A DNA stretch of 60,582 nt, counting the filler. It is 9 parts of 9 records of this genome, joined end to end, with 100 filler letters (N's around TTAATTAATTAA, not from the genome) between each part and the next. Parts side by side here need not be neighbours in the genome. Positions count along the whole stretch, not along the records: positions 1 to 5,484 come from SRR31156797_31401; positions 5,585 to 12,313 come from SRR31156797_31410; 7 more parts are not named here. The stretch is one strand, 5' to 3'. The first letter of the stretch is position 1. The number at the start of each line of letters is the position of its first letter. The translations under genes were made by a program, and so were the position numbers. Below, one piece after another: positions 1 through 10,553 of this stretch. A model generated the notes under the pieces. It searched no databases, had not been told where the DNA came from, and worked only from the letters and a program-made list of their open reading frames with translations.

Positions 1-207
1 AATGTCCGAATCGCGTGTAAATCCGACAACCACGGGCATCTGCTGCATAGTCGTCACGCTCGAGCTCAGCGCCTGGACCGACCCGAGCATGAGCAGGGGA
101 TAGAGCACCAGCGGCACTACGATCATCGCAATGAGCGTACGCCTGTCGCGGAGGATGCCCAGCATCTCCTTGGCATAGATCGTCGTGATTCGTTTGGCTC
201 GAATCAT
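1..207 (-). CDS. ABC exporter permease, NatB-like (5' part only, runs off the window)
   Basis: Hand translation from ATG at 207: MIRAKRITTIYAKEMLGILRDRRTLIAMIVVPLVLYPLL, the typical NatB N-terminus; ATGA overlap with the stop of the ATPase gene. Confidence 0.8.
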   Translation of the reverse strand, partial: MIRAKRITTIYAKEMLGILRDRRTLIAMIVVPLVLYPLLMLGSVQALSSSVTTMQQMPVVVGFTRDSDI

Positions 208-986
208 GGCTGCTCCGTATCCGTTGCCGGTTTTTCCATCACGGGCGAGGTCTCGCCGATCATCGAAAGAAACGCATCGCTGAGATTCGATTTGCCTGAT
301 TCCCGGAGAAGCTCATCCACCGTACCCTCGGCGACGAGCCTGCCGTTATGAAGGAATCCGCAATGATTGCACATTGCTTCTGCTTCATGCAGATAGTGCG
401 TTGAAAGTATAATGGTCTTGCCCGACTCCCGCTCACGGACGATGAAATCCAGGATGACCCGATTGCTCAGGACATCCAGGCCCAGCGTCGGTTCATCCAT
501 GATCAGGATCGGTGGATCTGCCACCAGCGCCCGTGCAATCGACGTCCGTTGCTTCTGACCCGTCGACAGTCCGCCGCATCGGAGATCGGAGAACTCCGCC
601 ATGTCGAGCCATTCGATCAGGTGTTCAGTTCTCCGCCTGGCTTTGTCCGAACTCATCCCGTGAAGCTCGGCAAAATAGAGAAGAATTTCACGTGGCGATA
701 GACGATGGTACAGACCCGTGTTTGCGGTAAGAAAACCAAGGGCTTTTTTAGCCGCCATCGGGTCTTCGGCGACGTCATGCCCGGCAATAACAGCACGCCC
801 GCCAGTGGGCTTCATGAGCCCGCTGAGCATTCGAAGCGTTGTGGTTTTGCCTGCTCCGTTGGGACCCAGCAACCCGTAGATTTCGCCTTCCTCAACGGCA
901 AACGTCAGTCCGTCGACGGCCCGCTTCTCCATGCCTTCCGGCGTGGGGAAGACTTTCACAAGGTTATCGGCCCTGAGTATTTCCAT
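204..986 (-). CDS. ABC transporter ATP-binding protein, NatA-like
   Basis: Walker A GPNGAGKTT, signature LSTGQKQR, Walker B ILIMDEP, H-loop STH. Confidence 0.92.
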   Translation of the reverse strand: MEILRADNLVKVFPTPEGMEKRAVDGLTFAVEEGEIYGLLGPNGAGKTTTLRMLSGLMKPTGGRAVIAGHDVAEDPMAAKKALGFLTANTGLYHRLSPREILLYFAELHGMSSDKARRRTEHLIEWLDMAEFSDLRCGGLSTGQKQRTSIARALVADPPILIMDEPTLGLDVLSNRVILDFIVRERESGKTIILSTHYLHEAEAMCNHCGFLHNGRLVAEGTVDELLRESGKSNLSDAFLSMIGETSPVMEKPATDTEQP

Positions 987-1286
987 TGGGGGAAGTTTCC
1001 CATCAGATGCGGTTGCTGTCCAGTCAAAACTATCGGGTTCAACGTCTGGAGATGTCAGTTATCTCTCTCCCGTCTTTTCCCTATTTTGGTGTTTCGGCGG
1101 ATATAGAAGTCCACTGGAACAAAACCGGAACATGCCCTGAGGTATCTGAAAATCAATGAATATCGGATTTTGCACTTGAAACAGTCGCATCATCTGAATC
1201 TAATGGTTGGTTCCAAGGTTCATGGCGTGGAGAGTGGAGGAAAGAAGCGAACCGTGTTGCCTACAATTGGTCAGGGGGAGTAGTGC

Positions 1287-2960
1287 ATGAAGGATACGGA
1301 TCAGAAACTTCTGAGAGTCCTGCTCATTCCCGGTTCAACACCGGAGAGTGATTCTTTTGTTCAATGGCTCTTTGAGAACGCCGAAGTCGAGAAGGCGGAT
1401 GGGATCGAGTCGGCTCGCGACCGGATCCAGGGAAGCGAATACGACTTCATCGTTGGCGCTCCGCAAAGTATGTTCTGCAAACACACCTGCAGTTTCGGTG
1501 ATCAAGCTGCAACACTACTGGAATCCATCGGCCATGGTGCCGCGATCGTGAAGGAAGATGGCTCCTTTGCATGGGATAACATTCGCATGCGGGAGTTTCC
1601 GGAAGAAGTTCGCAATCAGATTTCCCGCTGGTGCATAGATCTTTTTTCAACGTTTCAGACCGATGCACAGAACCGTCGGGACCTGACCCGCATTCAACGA
1701 TCCTGTGTTGTAACCCACGAAAAACAGCATCTGGAAGCCACCGGTACGCCCGTTCTCGATAACCAGGGTACCGTGAATCATATCGCAGTCGTACTGAGGG
1801 ATACGACACATGCACACCGTCTGCAACTGAAAATCGATGCAATTGACCGTGCCGGCGAAGAGCTTGTCCAGCTTGATACCGACCAGATGACAAAAGCCAA
1901 TCCGCATGAGCGGCTGGTGTTGCTCGAACAGCGGATCATTCGCTATACGCGGGATCTGATGCAGTTTGATAATTTTGCGGTACGTGTTCTGGATCGCAAA
2001 ACACGCCGATTGGATCTGGCGCTCTCGGCAGGAATGCCGATTGAAGCCCAGAATATCGAGTTATTCGCAGAGTCGGAACACAATGGTATCAGCGGATACG
2101 TAGCTACCCGGGGCCGAAGTTACATCTGCCCGGATGTTCGCAATGATCCCCGGTACATCATGGGAATCAATGATGCGCGATCATCGTTGACCGTGCCACT
2201 ACGCCTGCATGGCCAGGTCGTGGGAATCTTCAACGTCGAGAGCAACAAACCGGGGGCGTTCAATGAAGATGACCGCCAGTTCGCAGAGATCTTCGCACGG
2301 CATGTTGCGGTTGCGTTGCACATCCTCAATCTCTTGGATACGGAACGGCACAGTACGACAGGGCGTGTCGTCAACGACTTCATGGCAGAGGTCAAGGGAC
2401 CGCTGGAAAACCTGATGGCAGAACTCGAGTCCCTGACGCAGGATTACATCGGCCATGACGATGTCCGCATTCGCCTGAATTGCATCTCCGATCACGCGAC
2501 CATGATGCGGGAAGCGATCCGTCATCTGACCCAGCCACGCCATGGTATCAAGGGTGAACATACTTCACAGGACGCGGATATCGATCCGGTCCTCTCGGGC
2601 AAGAAAATCCTTGTCGTTGATGATGAAGAGTTCATTCTCGAAACCGTGACCGATGTGCTTGGAGGGTATGGTGCCCGCGTTCAGGCCCTGGATGATGCTC
2701 CTAAAGCGATTGACGTGTTGAAGGAAGAAAGATTCGATCTCGTCCTCAGTGACATCAAAATGCCTGGCGGCAACGGATACGAAATTTACGCCGCTGCAAA
2801 GGAAATGAATGTGGATTGCCCGGTCATCCTGATGACGGGGTTCGGATACGATCCCAACCATTCGATTATCCGTGCCCGCCAGGAAGGACTGTCAGCTGTA
2901 CTCTTCAAGCCATTCAAACTGGATCAACTGCTGGGCGAGTTGCGCAATGCGTTGAAATAG
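1287..2960 (+). CDS. Signalling protein: degenerate receiver - PAS-like - GAF - pseudo-HisKA - receiver
   Basis: GAF motifs (GISGYVATRGRSYICPDVRNDPRY, SSLTVPL, VVGIFNVES); C-terminal receiver with VVDDEE, SDIKMPG, MTG, KP. Confidence 0.85.
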   Translation: MKDTDQKLLRVLLIPGSTPESDSFVQWLFENAEVEKADGIESARDRIQGSEYDFIVGAPQSMFCKHTCSFGDQAATLLESIGHGAAIVKEDGSFAWDNIRMREFPEEVRNQISRWCIDLFSTFQTDAQNRRDLTRIQRSCVVTHEKQHLEATGTPVLDNQGTVNHIAVVLRDTTHAHRLQLKIDAIDRAGEELVQLDTDQMTKANPHERLVLLEQRIIRYTRDLMQFDNFAVRVLDRKTRRLDLALSAGMPIEAQNIELFAESEHNGISGYVATRGRSYICPDVRNDPRYIMGINDARSSLTVPLRLHGQVVGIFNVESNKPGAFNEDDRQFAEIFARHVAVALHILNLLDTERHSTTGRVVNDFMAEVKGPLENLMAELESLTQDYIGHDDVRIRLNCISDHATMMREAIRHLTQPRHGIKGEHTSQDADIDPVLSGKKILVVDDEEFILETVTDVLGGYGARVQALDDAPKAIDVLKEERFDLVLSDIKMPGGNGYEIYAAAKEMNVDCPVILMTGFGYDPNHSIIRARQEGLSAVLFKPFKLDQLLGELRNALK

Positions 2961-3111
2961 GGATACGTTTCCGACAATCCGTTTTGACAGGTCGTCACTT
3001 CATCCAATTGCATCTCTCATCTGCTGAGTTTTGATTTTGTTCATGGGAAGCGATAGAGTGCTTCCTGGGAGTGTTCTCCCTGGGTGTCTCTACGTGGAAA
3101 GCAGGTGTTCT

Positions 3112-4548
3112 ATGTGCGAAGAAATTTCAGTTGGAACCAGGATTCTGGCAACGATTGGGCCAGCCTGCGATACTCCCGAAATGATCGAAACGCTCATTCG
3201 GGAAGGCGTAAGCTGTTTTCGTTTAAACTTTTCGCATGGAACGCACCAGTCACATACAGCTTCCGTACAGCGGGTACGAGCAGCGGCTGAACGAGTTGGA
3301 ATGCCGATTGCCATCATGGGGGACTTGTGTGGCCCAAAGCTTCGTCTGACCGACGTTGAAAACGAAGAGTTAATCGTTCAGGAAGGAGATGTCCTCACTT
3401 TCATTCCAGGAGATGGGGTCTGCTCCCGAACTGAATTGTTCATAAATCATTTTGAGTGGCTGAATCGGATTGAACCGGGTCATCCTGTTCTGATCGATGA
3501 TGGACGAATCCGGCTTCGCTGCCGTCAAGCAGATGTGTCTGGAATCCATTGTATTGTTGAATTCGGTGGGACGCTTCTGTCTCGAAAAGGGGTGAATCTT
3601 CCAGAGACAAGGCTTGGCATTAATGCGTTGAGTCCGAAGGACAAGGAAGACATAGCCTGGGCTGTTGAAAACAGATTGGATTGCCTGGCTCTATCATTTG
3701 TCTGCAGCCAGGAGGATATTGCTCAACTGCGGAAAGAGCTGCAACAATACGATTCCTCAATTCTTGTCATCGCAAAGATTGAAACCCATTGGGCTGTTCA
3801 GAATCTGGATTCGATTCTTGATGCGGCAGATGCGGTTCTCGTGGCCAGGGGAGATCTGGGAGTAGAAATCGAAGTTGAAAATGTTCCTTATGTTCAGAAG
3901 CAGGTATCACGGAAAGCCAGGAGTGTTGGGAAACCGACCATCCTGGCTACACAGATGCTGCACAGCATGGTAAGCTCCGCGACTCCGAATCGAGCCGAAG
4001 TGAGTGATATTGCCAATGCAATCTACGATGGTTTTGACGGTCTTCTGTTGACCAACGAAACAGCCGCTGGCAAGTATCCGCAGAAGGCAGTTGAGATCAT
4101 CAGAAGAATCGCCAAAGCGACTGTACGTAATTCGGATCCCGCTCTATCGTTCAATCGGAACTCGTGTTGTAAAGAGTTGGGGAATCCAGCAGTAGCGCAG
4201 GCAATCGAGATAGCCGGACAAACAGGGGCGAAGGGGTTCATTCTGTTCCTGGATTCGAAGTCTGATCTCCAGGTACTGAATCGGAATCGGTTTTCGTTGC
4301 CGGTGGTTGTGCTTACCTCTTCGTCGGATGTGTATCGCACCGCGATTCTCTCTGATGGGATGAATCCGGTTCTTCTGGATTCTGCGACAGAAGAAGCAGC
4401 CAGCCTGCGAACCGCTGAGCAGGAAGTGATCCGTTTCAACATAGGCCGCGTCGACGATCAGATCGTTATTATTCGTTCTGGCACCGCGGATGATCAGGAG
4501 AAGGCCTGGGCTGTTGGAATTCATACCTTGGGTTCAAAGAGCAGCTGA
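3112..4548 (+). CDS. pyk: Pyruvate kinase (divergent)
   Basis: TRILATIGP, FRLNFSHG, KGVNLP, KIET, VARGDLGVE, ATQML, RAEVSDIANA; start placed at ATG 3112 just before the first motif. Confidence 0.92.
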   Translation: MCEEISVGTRILATIGPACDTPEMIETLIREGVSCFRLNFSHGTHQSHTASVQRVRAAAERVGMPIAIMGDLCGPKLRLTDVENEELIVQEGDVLTFIPGDGVCSRTELFINHFEWLNRIEPGHPVLIDDGRIRLRCRQADVSGIHCIVEFGGTLLSRKGVNLPETRLGINALSPKDKEDIAWAVENRLDCLALSFVCSQEDIAQLRKELQQYDSSILVIAKIETHWAVQNLDSILDAADAVLVARGDLGVEIEVENVPYVQKQVSRKARSVGKPTILATQMLHSMVSSATPNRAEVSDIANAIYDGFDGLLLTNETAAGKYPQKAVEIIRRIAKATVRNSDPALSFNRNSCCKELGNPAVAQAIEIAGQTGAKGFILFLDSKSDLQVLNRNRFSLPVVVLTSSSDVYRTAILSDGMNPVLLDSATEEAASLRTAEQEVIRFNIGRVDDQIVIIRSGTADDQEKAWAVGIHTLGSKSS

Positions 4549-4736
4549 GTATCTTTGCGGCAGCGAAGTAACCAAGTCGCTTATACAGTGTTTTTTCTGC
4601 CGCTTTTGCAGGGACTGATGAGAATCTGGGGAAAACGGCCGTTTGAATCAGTGTACCCTTTCCGGTAAGATACCCGCCAGAAGCTCTGGGAGCGGATCAA
4701 GTAAGAATAACGGGCCGTGTATACAGGAGACTTGCT

Positions 4737-5484
4737 TTGGGAATTGCGGAAAGAATAGTATGGAAGATGCCCTTTCTGCTGAATGCTGCGGCAAGTTTTC
4801 GTGGGTGGCAGTATCTTCGGGCACGCTACGGTCACTCATATAAGCAGGCTGTTGAGGAAATTCTGGAACGCGACACTTGGTCACCAGAACGTATTCTGGA
4901 GTATCAACAACAGCAACTACGCAGGCTCATTGTTCATGCGGCTGAAAACGTTCCGTATTATCGAGATGTTTTTCGTGAACGTGGCCTTTCCCCAGATGAC
5001 ATCCAGACTGTTGAAGATCTCACGAAACTTCCCGTCCTGGAGAAAAACTCTCTCAGGCAGGATCCTGTTCGTTTCGTTGACGATCGGCTCGATCACGACA
5101 ATCTGATTGCAGAGCGTACAAGCGGAACAACGGGAGAGCCGGTTCGTCTGTTTCTGACATCGGAATCATTGCAGAAAAACTACGCTTTTTTTGAAGCACG
5201 ATGTCGACGCCTGGCTGGCATGGAATTCCGAAAGCAGCCGTATGCGATGTTTGGGCCGCGCACCGTGGTGCCACCTTCCCGGACAAAACCACCATTCTGG
5301 TGTTACAACTATGCCTGGAAACAGTTATACCTGTCTGTTTTCCACTTGTCGGATCAGTTTCTTCCAGCATACGCGAGGGAACTCTCCAGGCGTCCGTACC
5401 ATGCCATTATGGGTTTCCCGTCGAGCCTCTATCTGCTTGCCCAGTTGACAGTAAAGCGGAAGGATTGCAAGCTGAGGTTCAAGA
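4737..5484 (+). CDS. Phenylacetate-CoA ligase / CapK family adenylate-forming protein (3' truncated)
   Basis: HAAENVPYYR, LTKLPVLEK, TSGTTGEP; AGGAGA RBS before the TTG start. Confidence 0.85.
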
Positions 5485-5584
5485 NNNNNNNNNNNNNNNN
5501 NNNNNNNNNNNNNNNNNNNNNNNNNNNNTTAATTAATTAANNNNNNNNNNNNNNNNNNNNNNNNNNNNNNNNNNNNNNNNNNNN
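5485..5584. other. Artificial contig linker
   Basis: 44 N + TTAATTAATTAA (stops in all six frames) + 44 N. Confidence 0.99.
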
Positions 5585-6874
5585 TTGATCCGTACTGTCT
5601 TGATCATACCATTTCACAATTTCCAAAACAGGGGGTAGACCTTGTGTGGGGTATCCATTATCTTTTCTGCGACCGATCAGTAATTCCAAATAATCTGCAC
5701 CCCATGATTCCGGGTCAGCATAAAGAAATTCACCAAAAAAGGTATGTTTATTTAGATCGTCAATAACGGGATCAATTTGATAACGAATACTCTTTGATAT
5801 CATGTTAAGCAATTCACCAAGAGTTGTTGCCGGCATTCTTCCGATCGCAATTTCCGGCAAAAGATCAGCTTCATCAGGAATGGAGTCAGGCATATACTCA
5901 CCAAATATATTATTTCCATTCAAATCCCAATCACCGTCAAGAGCGGCATAATACAGATCAGCAGGAATATCATTGGATATTACCCAGGAATTTCCCGATA
6001 AAACTTCACAATTCATGCCACGATGTGGAATAACCTGATCACCTCCACCAAGCAGCACATAGTCCAATCCGTTTTGAAGATATGATTCTCTGATCTTATT
6101 CCTGATCTGTTCCTGAATGTCTCTTCCGGCATAATCACCAAGTTGAATATCACTTACGGTTACGATCTGAGAATTTATCCCATATTTTTTATAGTGATCT
6201 ACCAAGATATCAAATGCTGTATAAAATTCCTGTGACGTAATGATCAGTAATTCTTCAGGCTCATCTTCAGATAATATATATTGAGATAATATTTCGGTGT
6301 TTTGTACAATATTGTGAAGAAACTCATATTGAGTTGCAGAGATACGAGCTTGCTCTTCTGTATTTTCAGTTGTAATCTTTATGGTAACAGATTCTGCAAA
6401 ATCGGCATTCCCGGTATTTGGAAAATAAGTAAGTGGGTCAATAGTACCCATCAATATATTTACGCCTCTGAAACTCTGAACATCAACTTTGAGCTGTTTT
6501 GAGGAATAAATATCTTGAGCATACACACTTTCTTTTTTTAAAAAGCCCTTATTTAACATACCCCATGATAAAGGCCGGTCAGCCTGCTTTGGTAACAATG
6601 GCAACATAAGAGGTATGTTTTTTGATTTATTTACCAGCATCTCCACACTCTGTAAAGTCTCTCCGGGAGGCAAAACATAGTTCAAGGGGTAATGAGGTCT
6701 TAAAGGCTCTCCTTCGGCTCCTACTTGCATACATCCGGGGACCTCAACCAATAAATGTCCATTTTGTTGAATTAATTCAGGTTCAGGCAGATCAATTTCA
6801 TATACATGAACAGAGGCAGGCACAAATATGAACGCACTGAACAAGAGTAAAATTATGAACCATTTTTTTATCAT
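5585..6874 (-). CDS. Peptidase C25 (gingipain family) with propeptide (3' truncated)
   Basis: Signal peptide, propeptide-like GEPLRP region, ELLIIT, YVLLGG, ADLYYAALDG, IAIGRMP. Confidence 0.88.
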
Positions 6875-8520
6875 TTGATCACCAGTATTTTCTGCGAGTC
6901 GGTTTTTATTCCGTCAATTTTAAAAATACAAACATAAATGCCACTGGACAAGCTAGAAACATTCAATGTTTCCCAACGATATCCTTCCGGATATTCTCTA
7001 TTTAGTGTGATAAGCCGTTTGCCTGCCAGATCATATATTTCAATATCCACTTGAGCGGCTTGTGATAATTGAAAATCAATAATGACCCTGTCATTTGCCG
7101 GATTAGGGTGAATACTTAATAAGTTAGACGTCTCGGGTTCGGGTTCTTGAAGTGAAAACTTGCCTTTTTTTACGAGTGCTTTGATACAAAAATTAGCACT
7201 TGTATTTACCGATTGCAGATCAAGCCATGTATCACCTTGTTTAAATATGCTCTCGTTTTCTGATGCTGTAGAAGGAACAACGGTCAAGGCTGGAACACTC
7301 GTTCTGTAAAGTGCTGGAATATCAAGCAGGACAGGGATCTCTGACGTACGATCATAGGGCTGTCCACCTTTTTCGAGATAAAGGTAGATTAGAAAATTAT
7401 CGCCCTCCATTAAAATTGCTTTTTGCTCCAGATCCACGGTATGAAAACCCGGACTGGAAATATTCCCCGATTGAGATAGAAGGTGATCATCATTTATCAG
7501 ATCATCATGATCCCGGTACAGTTTTATCGTATAATCAACTGAATCGGATGCAGTAAAAAAGCTCACGGCAACCAAGGTATCTCTTGCCTCAGCAGTAAAA
7601 ATATTCACTGCTTCTTGAACATTAAGCGTATCTCTCCAACCATGGTAATCATGATAATAAACACTGTCATATTTCATTAATTCAACTTCCTGAAAGGAGA
7701 CAAATCCCATTTCAGGATTTCTTCCGGCATGCTTATCGTAATAAGATATCCAGAAATACCCGTTCCCACCCCAGGCAGTACCCCAGTCATTGCCCCAACT
7801 ATTTTTGCACAACCATGCTCCGGGTTCGGGAGCTGCGGTTGTGATCGTATCATTCCAACCTGCGATCGCGATCGAATGGTTGGGATCTCTTGAATCAGAT
7901 GGAGGCTGATAAAATGATCCATTAGTTGAATCATCAAGGAACTCGTTCGTTGCGAACATACAGGTTCCTACCGCACCATGATCCATGATCGTTTGTTTTA
8001 AAAGATCAATATTTGACAGATCATCCTCAAGCTGATACCATATTACTGTTCTGGGATAGTAATAGGTGTATGAGGTATCTCTTCTTGGTGCGGCAGATTT
8101 ATAGGTTGGAGCATCCGAATCAAGTACCGCTCCATCTCCGCGAGAAAGATATGCGGTTGCGACGCGATAGTCACCCCCCATATGAACTACAAGACCTTCT
8201 GAAGGATAATAACCAAGATCCCGGTTATAAAATAAATTAAAACCATTCCACCAATCCAAATGATATTCAGAGAGATCAGGGCCCGTAAAATACATATCGA
8301 GATCCCATAAGCCGCTACGCATCATATTGCTTTCGATCGAAGCCATGGTTCCATGCGTCCAGCAAGTACCGCCTTGCTGTTGTTTGACCAAGCTGACATA
8401 GCTTCCACCATCCACATTTCTCAGGTCAAATTGTGACGGTAAGGTTTCAGCATTAAGCAAAGATGCTGCCAGGTATATTATAAATGCTAAATGCATGTAT
8501 TTCTTAAACATTTTATTCAC
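6871..8520 (-). CDS. Secreted peptidase C1 (papain family) with lectin-like domain and T9SS-type C-terminal sorting domain
   Basis: LPSQFDLR, QQQGGTCW (catalytic Cys), NHSIAIAGW (His), KNSWG (Asn); C-terminal PNPAN...IYDLAGK...LSSGIY...KILVIK. Confidence 0.9.
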   Translation of the reverse strand: MNKMFKKYMHLAFIIYLAASLLNAETLPSQFDLRNVDGGSYVSLVKQQQGGTCWTHGTMASIESNMMRSGLWDLDMYFTGPDLSEYHLDWWNGFNLFYNRDLGYYPSEGLVVHMGGDYRVATAYLSRGDGAVLDSDAPTYKSAAPRRDTSYTYYYPRTVIWYQLEDDLSNIDLLKQTIMDHGAVGTCMFATNEFLDDSTNGSFYQPPSDSRDPNHSIAIAGWNDTITTAAPEPGAWLCKNSWGNDWGTAWGGNGYFWISYYDKHAGRNPEMGFVSFQEVELMKYDSVYYHDYHGWRDTLNVQEAVNIFTAEARDTLVAVSFFTASDSVDYTIKLYRDHDDLINDDHLLSQSGNISSPGFHTVDLEQKAILMEGDNFLIYLYLEKGGQPYDRTSEIPVLLDIPALYRTSVPALTVVPSTASENESIFKQGDTWLDLQSVNTSANFCIKALVKKGKFSLQEPEPETSNLLSIHPNPANDRVIIDFQLSQAAQVDIEIYDLAGKRLITLNREYPEGYRWETLNVSSLSSGIYVCIFKIDGIKTDSQKILVIK

Positions 8521-8584
8521 TTGCTTTCATGCTATTTCCGTATTAAAATTATAACCGATTTTGGAGGATAAAAAAAGGGAAAAC

Positions 8585-9499
8585 ATGAAGCAAATCAGTG
8601 ACAAGGCAACAGAACAGCAGAATCAGGCGAGTAAGAACATCGATCAGATGAATACTGCCGAGATACTGGTAACCATGAACAATGAAGACAAAACGGTTCC
8701 CAATGCTGTTGAAAAAGCCATTCCTGAAATTGAAAAATTCGTTGATGACGTCGTTATCTCCCTGAAAAAAGGTGGCAGCCTCTATTATGTTGGTGCCGGC
8801 ACAAGTGGCCGCTTGGGTGTTCTTGATGCTTCTGAGATCCCTCCCACATACTCCGCTCCTTCTCATCTTGTGCAAGGTATCATGTGCGGTGGTTTGACAG
8901 CTTTGGTAAATGCCGTTGAAGGCGCTGAAGATGATTACGAAGAAGGACTTAAGGTCGTTGATGAACGCGGTATTACCGAAAATGACTGTATCCTTGGTAT
9001 CACTACCAGCGGTATGGCAGCATATGTCCACGCTTCTTTGGAACGAGCAAAAGAGATCGGTGCTACGACCGGATTGCTTGTTTGTAACGAATTTGAGAAA
9101 AAAGACTACATGGACCATATGATCAAAGCCGTTGTTGGACCTGAGATCGTCACAGGCTCTACCCGCATGAAAGCGGGAACCGCCACAAAACTGATCCTGA
9201 ATATGATCACCACAGCTGCCATGATCAAAATGAACAAGACCTATGGCAATCTGATGGTTGATTTGATGACCACCAACAAAAAGCTCTGGGATCGCGGTGC
9301 ACGTATCATTCGTCATTGCACCGGTGTTGATTATGATTTCGGTATGGAAAAACTTAAAGAATCAAAAGGCAGTGTAAAAACGGCACTGGTTATGGTACTT
9401 CTGGAAATTGATGCCGAAACCGCTCGCAAACGACTTGCCGCTCATGACGGCGCTTTAAGAAAAGTACTGGACGAAGAAGGCAAAGAACTACACATTTGA
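8585..9499 (+). CDS. murQ: N-acetylmuramic acid 6-phosphate etherase
   Basis: TEQQN, GAGTSGRLGVLDASE, VEGAED, GPEIVTGSTRMKAGTATK, GNLMVD. Confidence 0.96.
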   Translation: MKQISDKATEQQNQASKNIDQMNTAEILVTMNNEDKTVPNAVEKAIPEIEKFVDDVVISLKKGGSLYYVGAGTSGRLGVLDASEIPPTYSAPSHLVQGIMCGGLTALVNAVEGAEDDYEEGLKVVDERGITENDCILGITTSGMAAYVHASLERAKEIGATTGLLVCNEFEKKDYMDHMIKAVVGPEIVTGSTRMKAGTATKLILNMITTAAMIKMNKTYGNLMVDLMTTNKKLWDRGARIIRHCTGVDYDFGMEKLKESKGSVKTALVMVLLEIDAETARKRLAAHDGALRKVLDEEGKELHI

Positions 9500-9500
9500 T

Positions 9501-9528
9501 AGCTGAAAGCTGAAAGCTGAAAGCTGAA
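9501..9528 (+). repeat. Heptamer tandem repeat (AGCTGAA)x4
   Basis: Four perfect copies directly after the murQ stop. Confidence 0.95.
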
Positions 9529-9540
9529 AATAATACAAAT

Positions 9541-9566
9541 AAGGCGCAAGAAATTGTGCCTTTTTT
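9541..9566 (+). terminator. Intrinsic terminator of murQ
   Basis: AAGGCGCAA-gaaa-TTGTGCCTT hairpin followed by a T run. Confidence 0.75.
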
Positions 9567-9688
9567 ATTTATGCATTGAGCTCAGTACCCACCCTCTCAG
9601 TGCTCAGTGCTCTTATTTTTGCCTTTTTATTTTTGCCTTTTTACTTTTGCCTTATACCTTGTATATTTTTCCATACACAGGAGCGACA

Positions 9689-10279
9689 ATGCAAAACGAT
9701 CTACTTCTTAGCTTTATCATATTCGCGGTTACTGCGACGATCACACCGGGTCCCAATAATATCACCTCAGCTGCAGCCGGAGTAAAGATCGGCTACCGAC
9801 GCACTATTCCCTATATTCTCGGCATTTGCTCAGGGATATCTATCATCTTATTGATCGCAGGTTTTTTCACCTCATCGCTAAATACCGAATCCTTGTTCTT
9901 CTCTATCTTAAAGTGGGCGGGAGCAGGATATATCATCTTTCTGGGTTTGGCTCCTTTTATTTTCATGAACAGTAAAAAAGACAGTAAAGAGATCACCTAT
10001 AGTTTTGTTTCGGGCATGGTACTGCAATTGCTGAATATCAAACTTATTTTTTTCGGGTTAACGATCTTTACCTCTTTCGCGGAAGTGATCAGCGTCTCAC
10101 CCCTTTCAGTCATCATTACCGTAATTTTTGCCGTAGTACTTGCCTTTGCCTGTATTTCATTATGGACTTTGATCGGATCAAGCCTATCAAAGTATTTTAA
10201 GAACAAGACCTTCTTTTTTATCTTCAATGGTGTAATTGCTGTGATAATGATAATCATCGCAGTTTCGATATTAACATGA
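9689..10279 (+). CDS. LysE family translocator
   Basis: ITPGPNN motif, LKWAGAGYIIFLG, hydrophobic helices; AGGAG RBS before ATG 9689. Confidence 0.9.
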   Translation: MQNDLLLSFIIFAVTATITPGPNNITSAAAGVKIGYRRTIPYILGICSGISIILLIAGFFTSSLNTESLFFSILKWAGAGYIIFLGLAPFIFMNSKKDSKEITYSFVSGMVLQLLNIKLIFFGLTIFTSFAEVISVSPLSVIITVIFAVVLAFACISLWTLIGSSLSKYFKNKTFFFIFNGVIAVIMIIIAVSILT

Positions 10280-10500
10280 CAGATGCAAAATTCGATTTAA
10301 AAAACAAAATATTGATATTGGAAAGGCGCGAGAGATCGGGTCTTTTCTTTTATACAAAAGATTTAATTATTTTACTGTTTTAAGAGTAGGAACAAATCCT
10401 GAGATTTGACCATATCAGCAATATGAATACAGGTCAAAGTGTTACAATAGTGAATACGGAGTGAAAAAAAGAAAATCATAGCTCTGTCTTCCGATTTACT

Positions 10501-10528
10501 TTGACAATTCATAGCATTTAAGTATATT
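10501..10528 (+). promoter_or_regulatory. Sigma70-type promoter for the small ORF and M55 peptidase
   Basis: TTGACA - 16 bp - TATATT, followed by GGAGG RBS. Confidence 0.6.
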
Positions 10529-10553
10529 AGGTATCTATCTGGAGGACTAAAAA

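Noticed and set aside
5529-5540. TTAATTAATTAA repeated eight times at intervals
   Set aside because: Always centred in N runs; an artificial six-frame stop linker, not a biological repeat or CRISPR
8549-9316. 255-aa minus-strand ORF
   Set aside because: Antisense shadow of murQ
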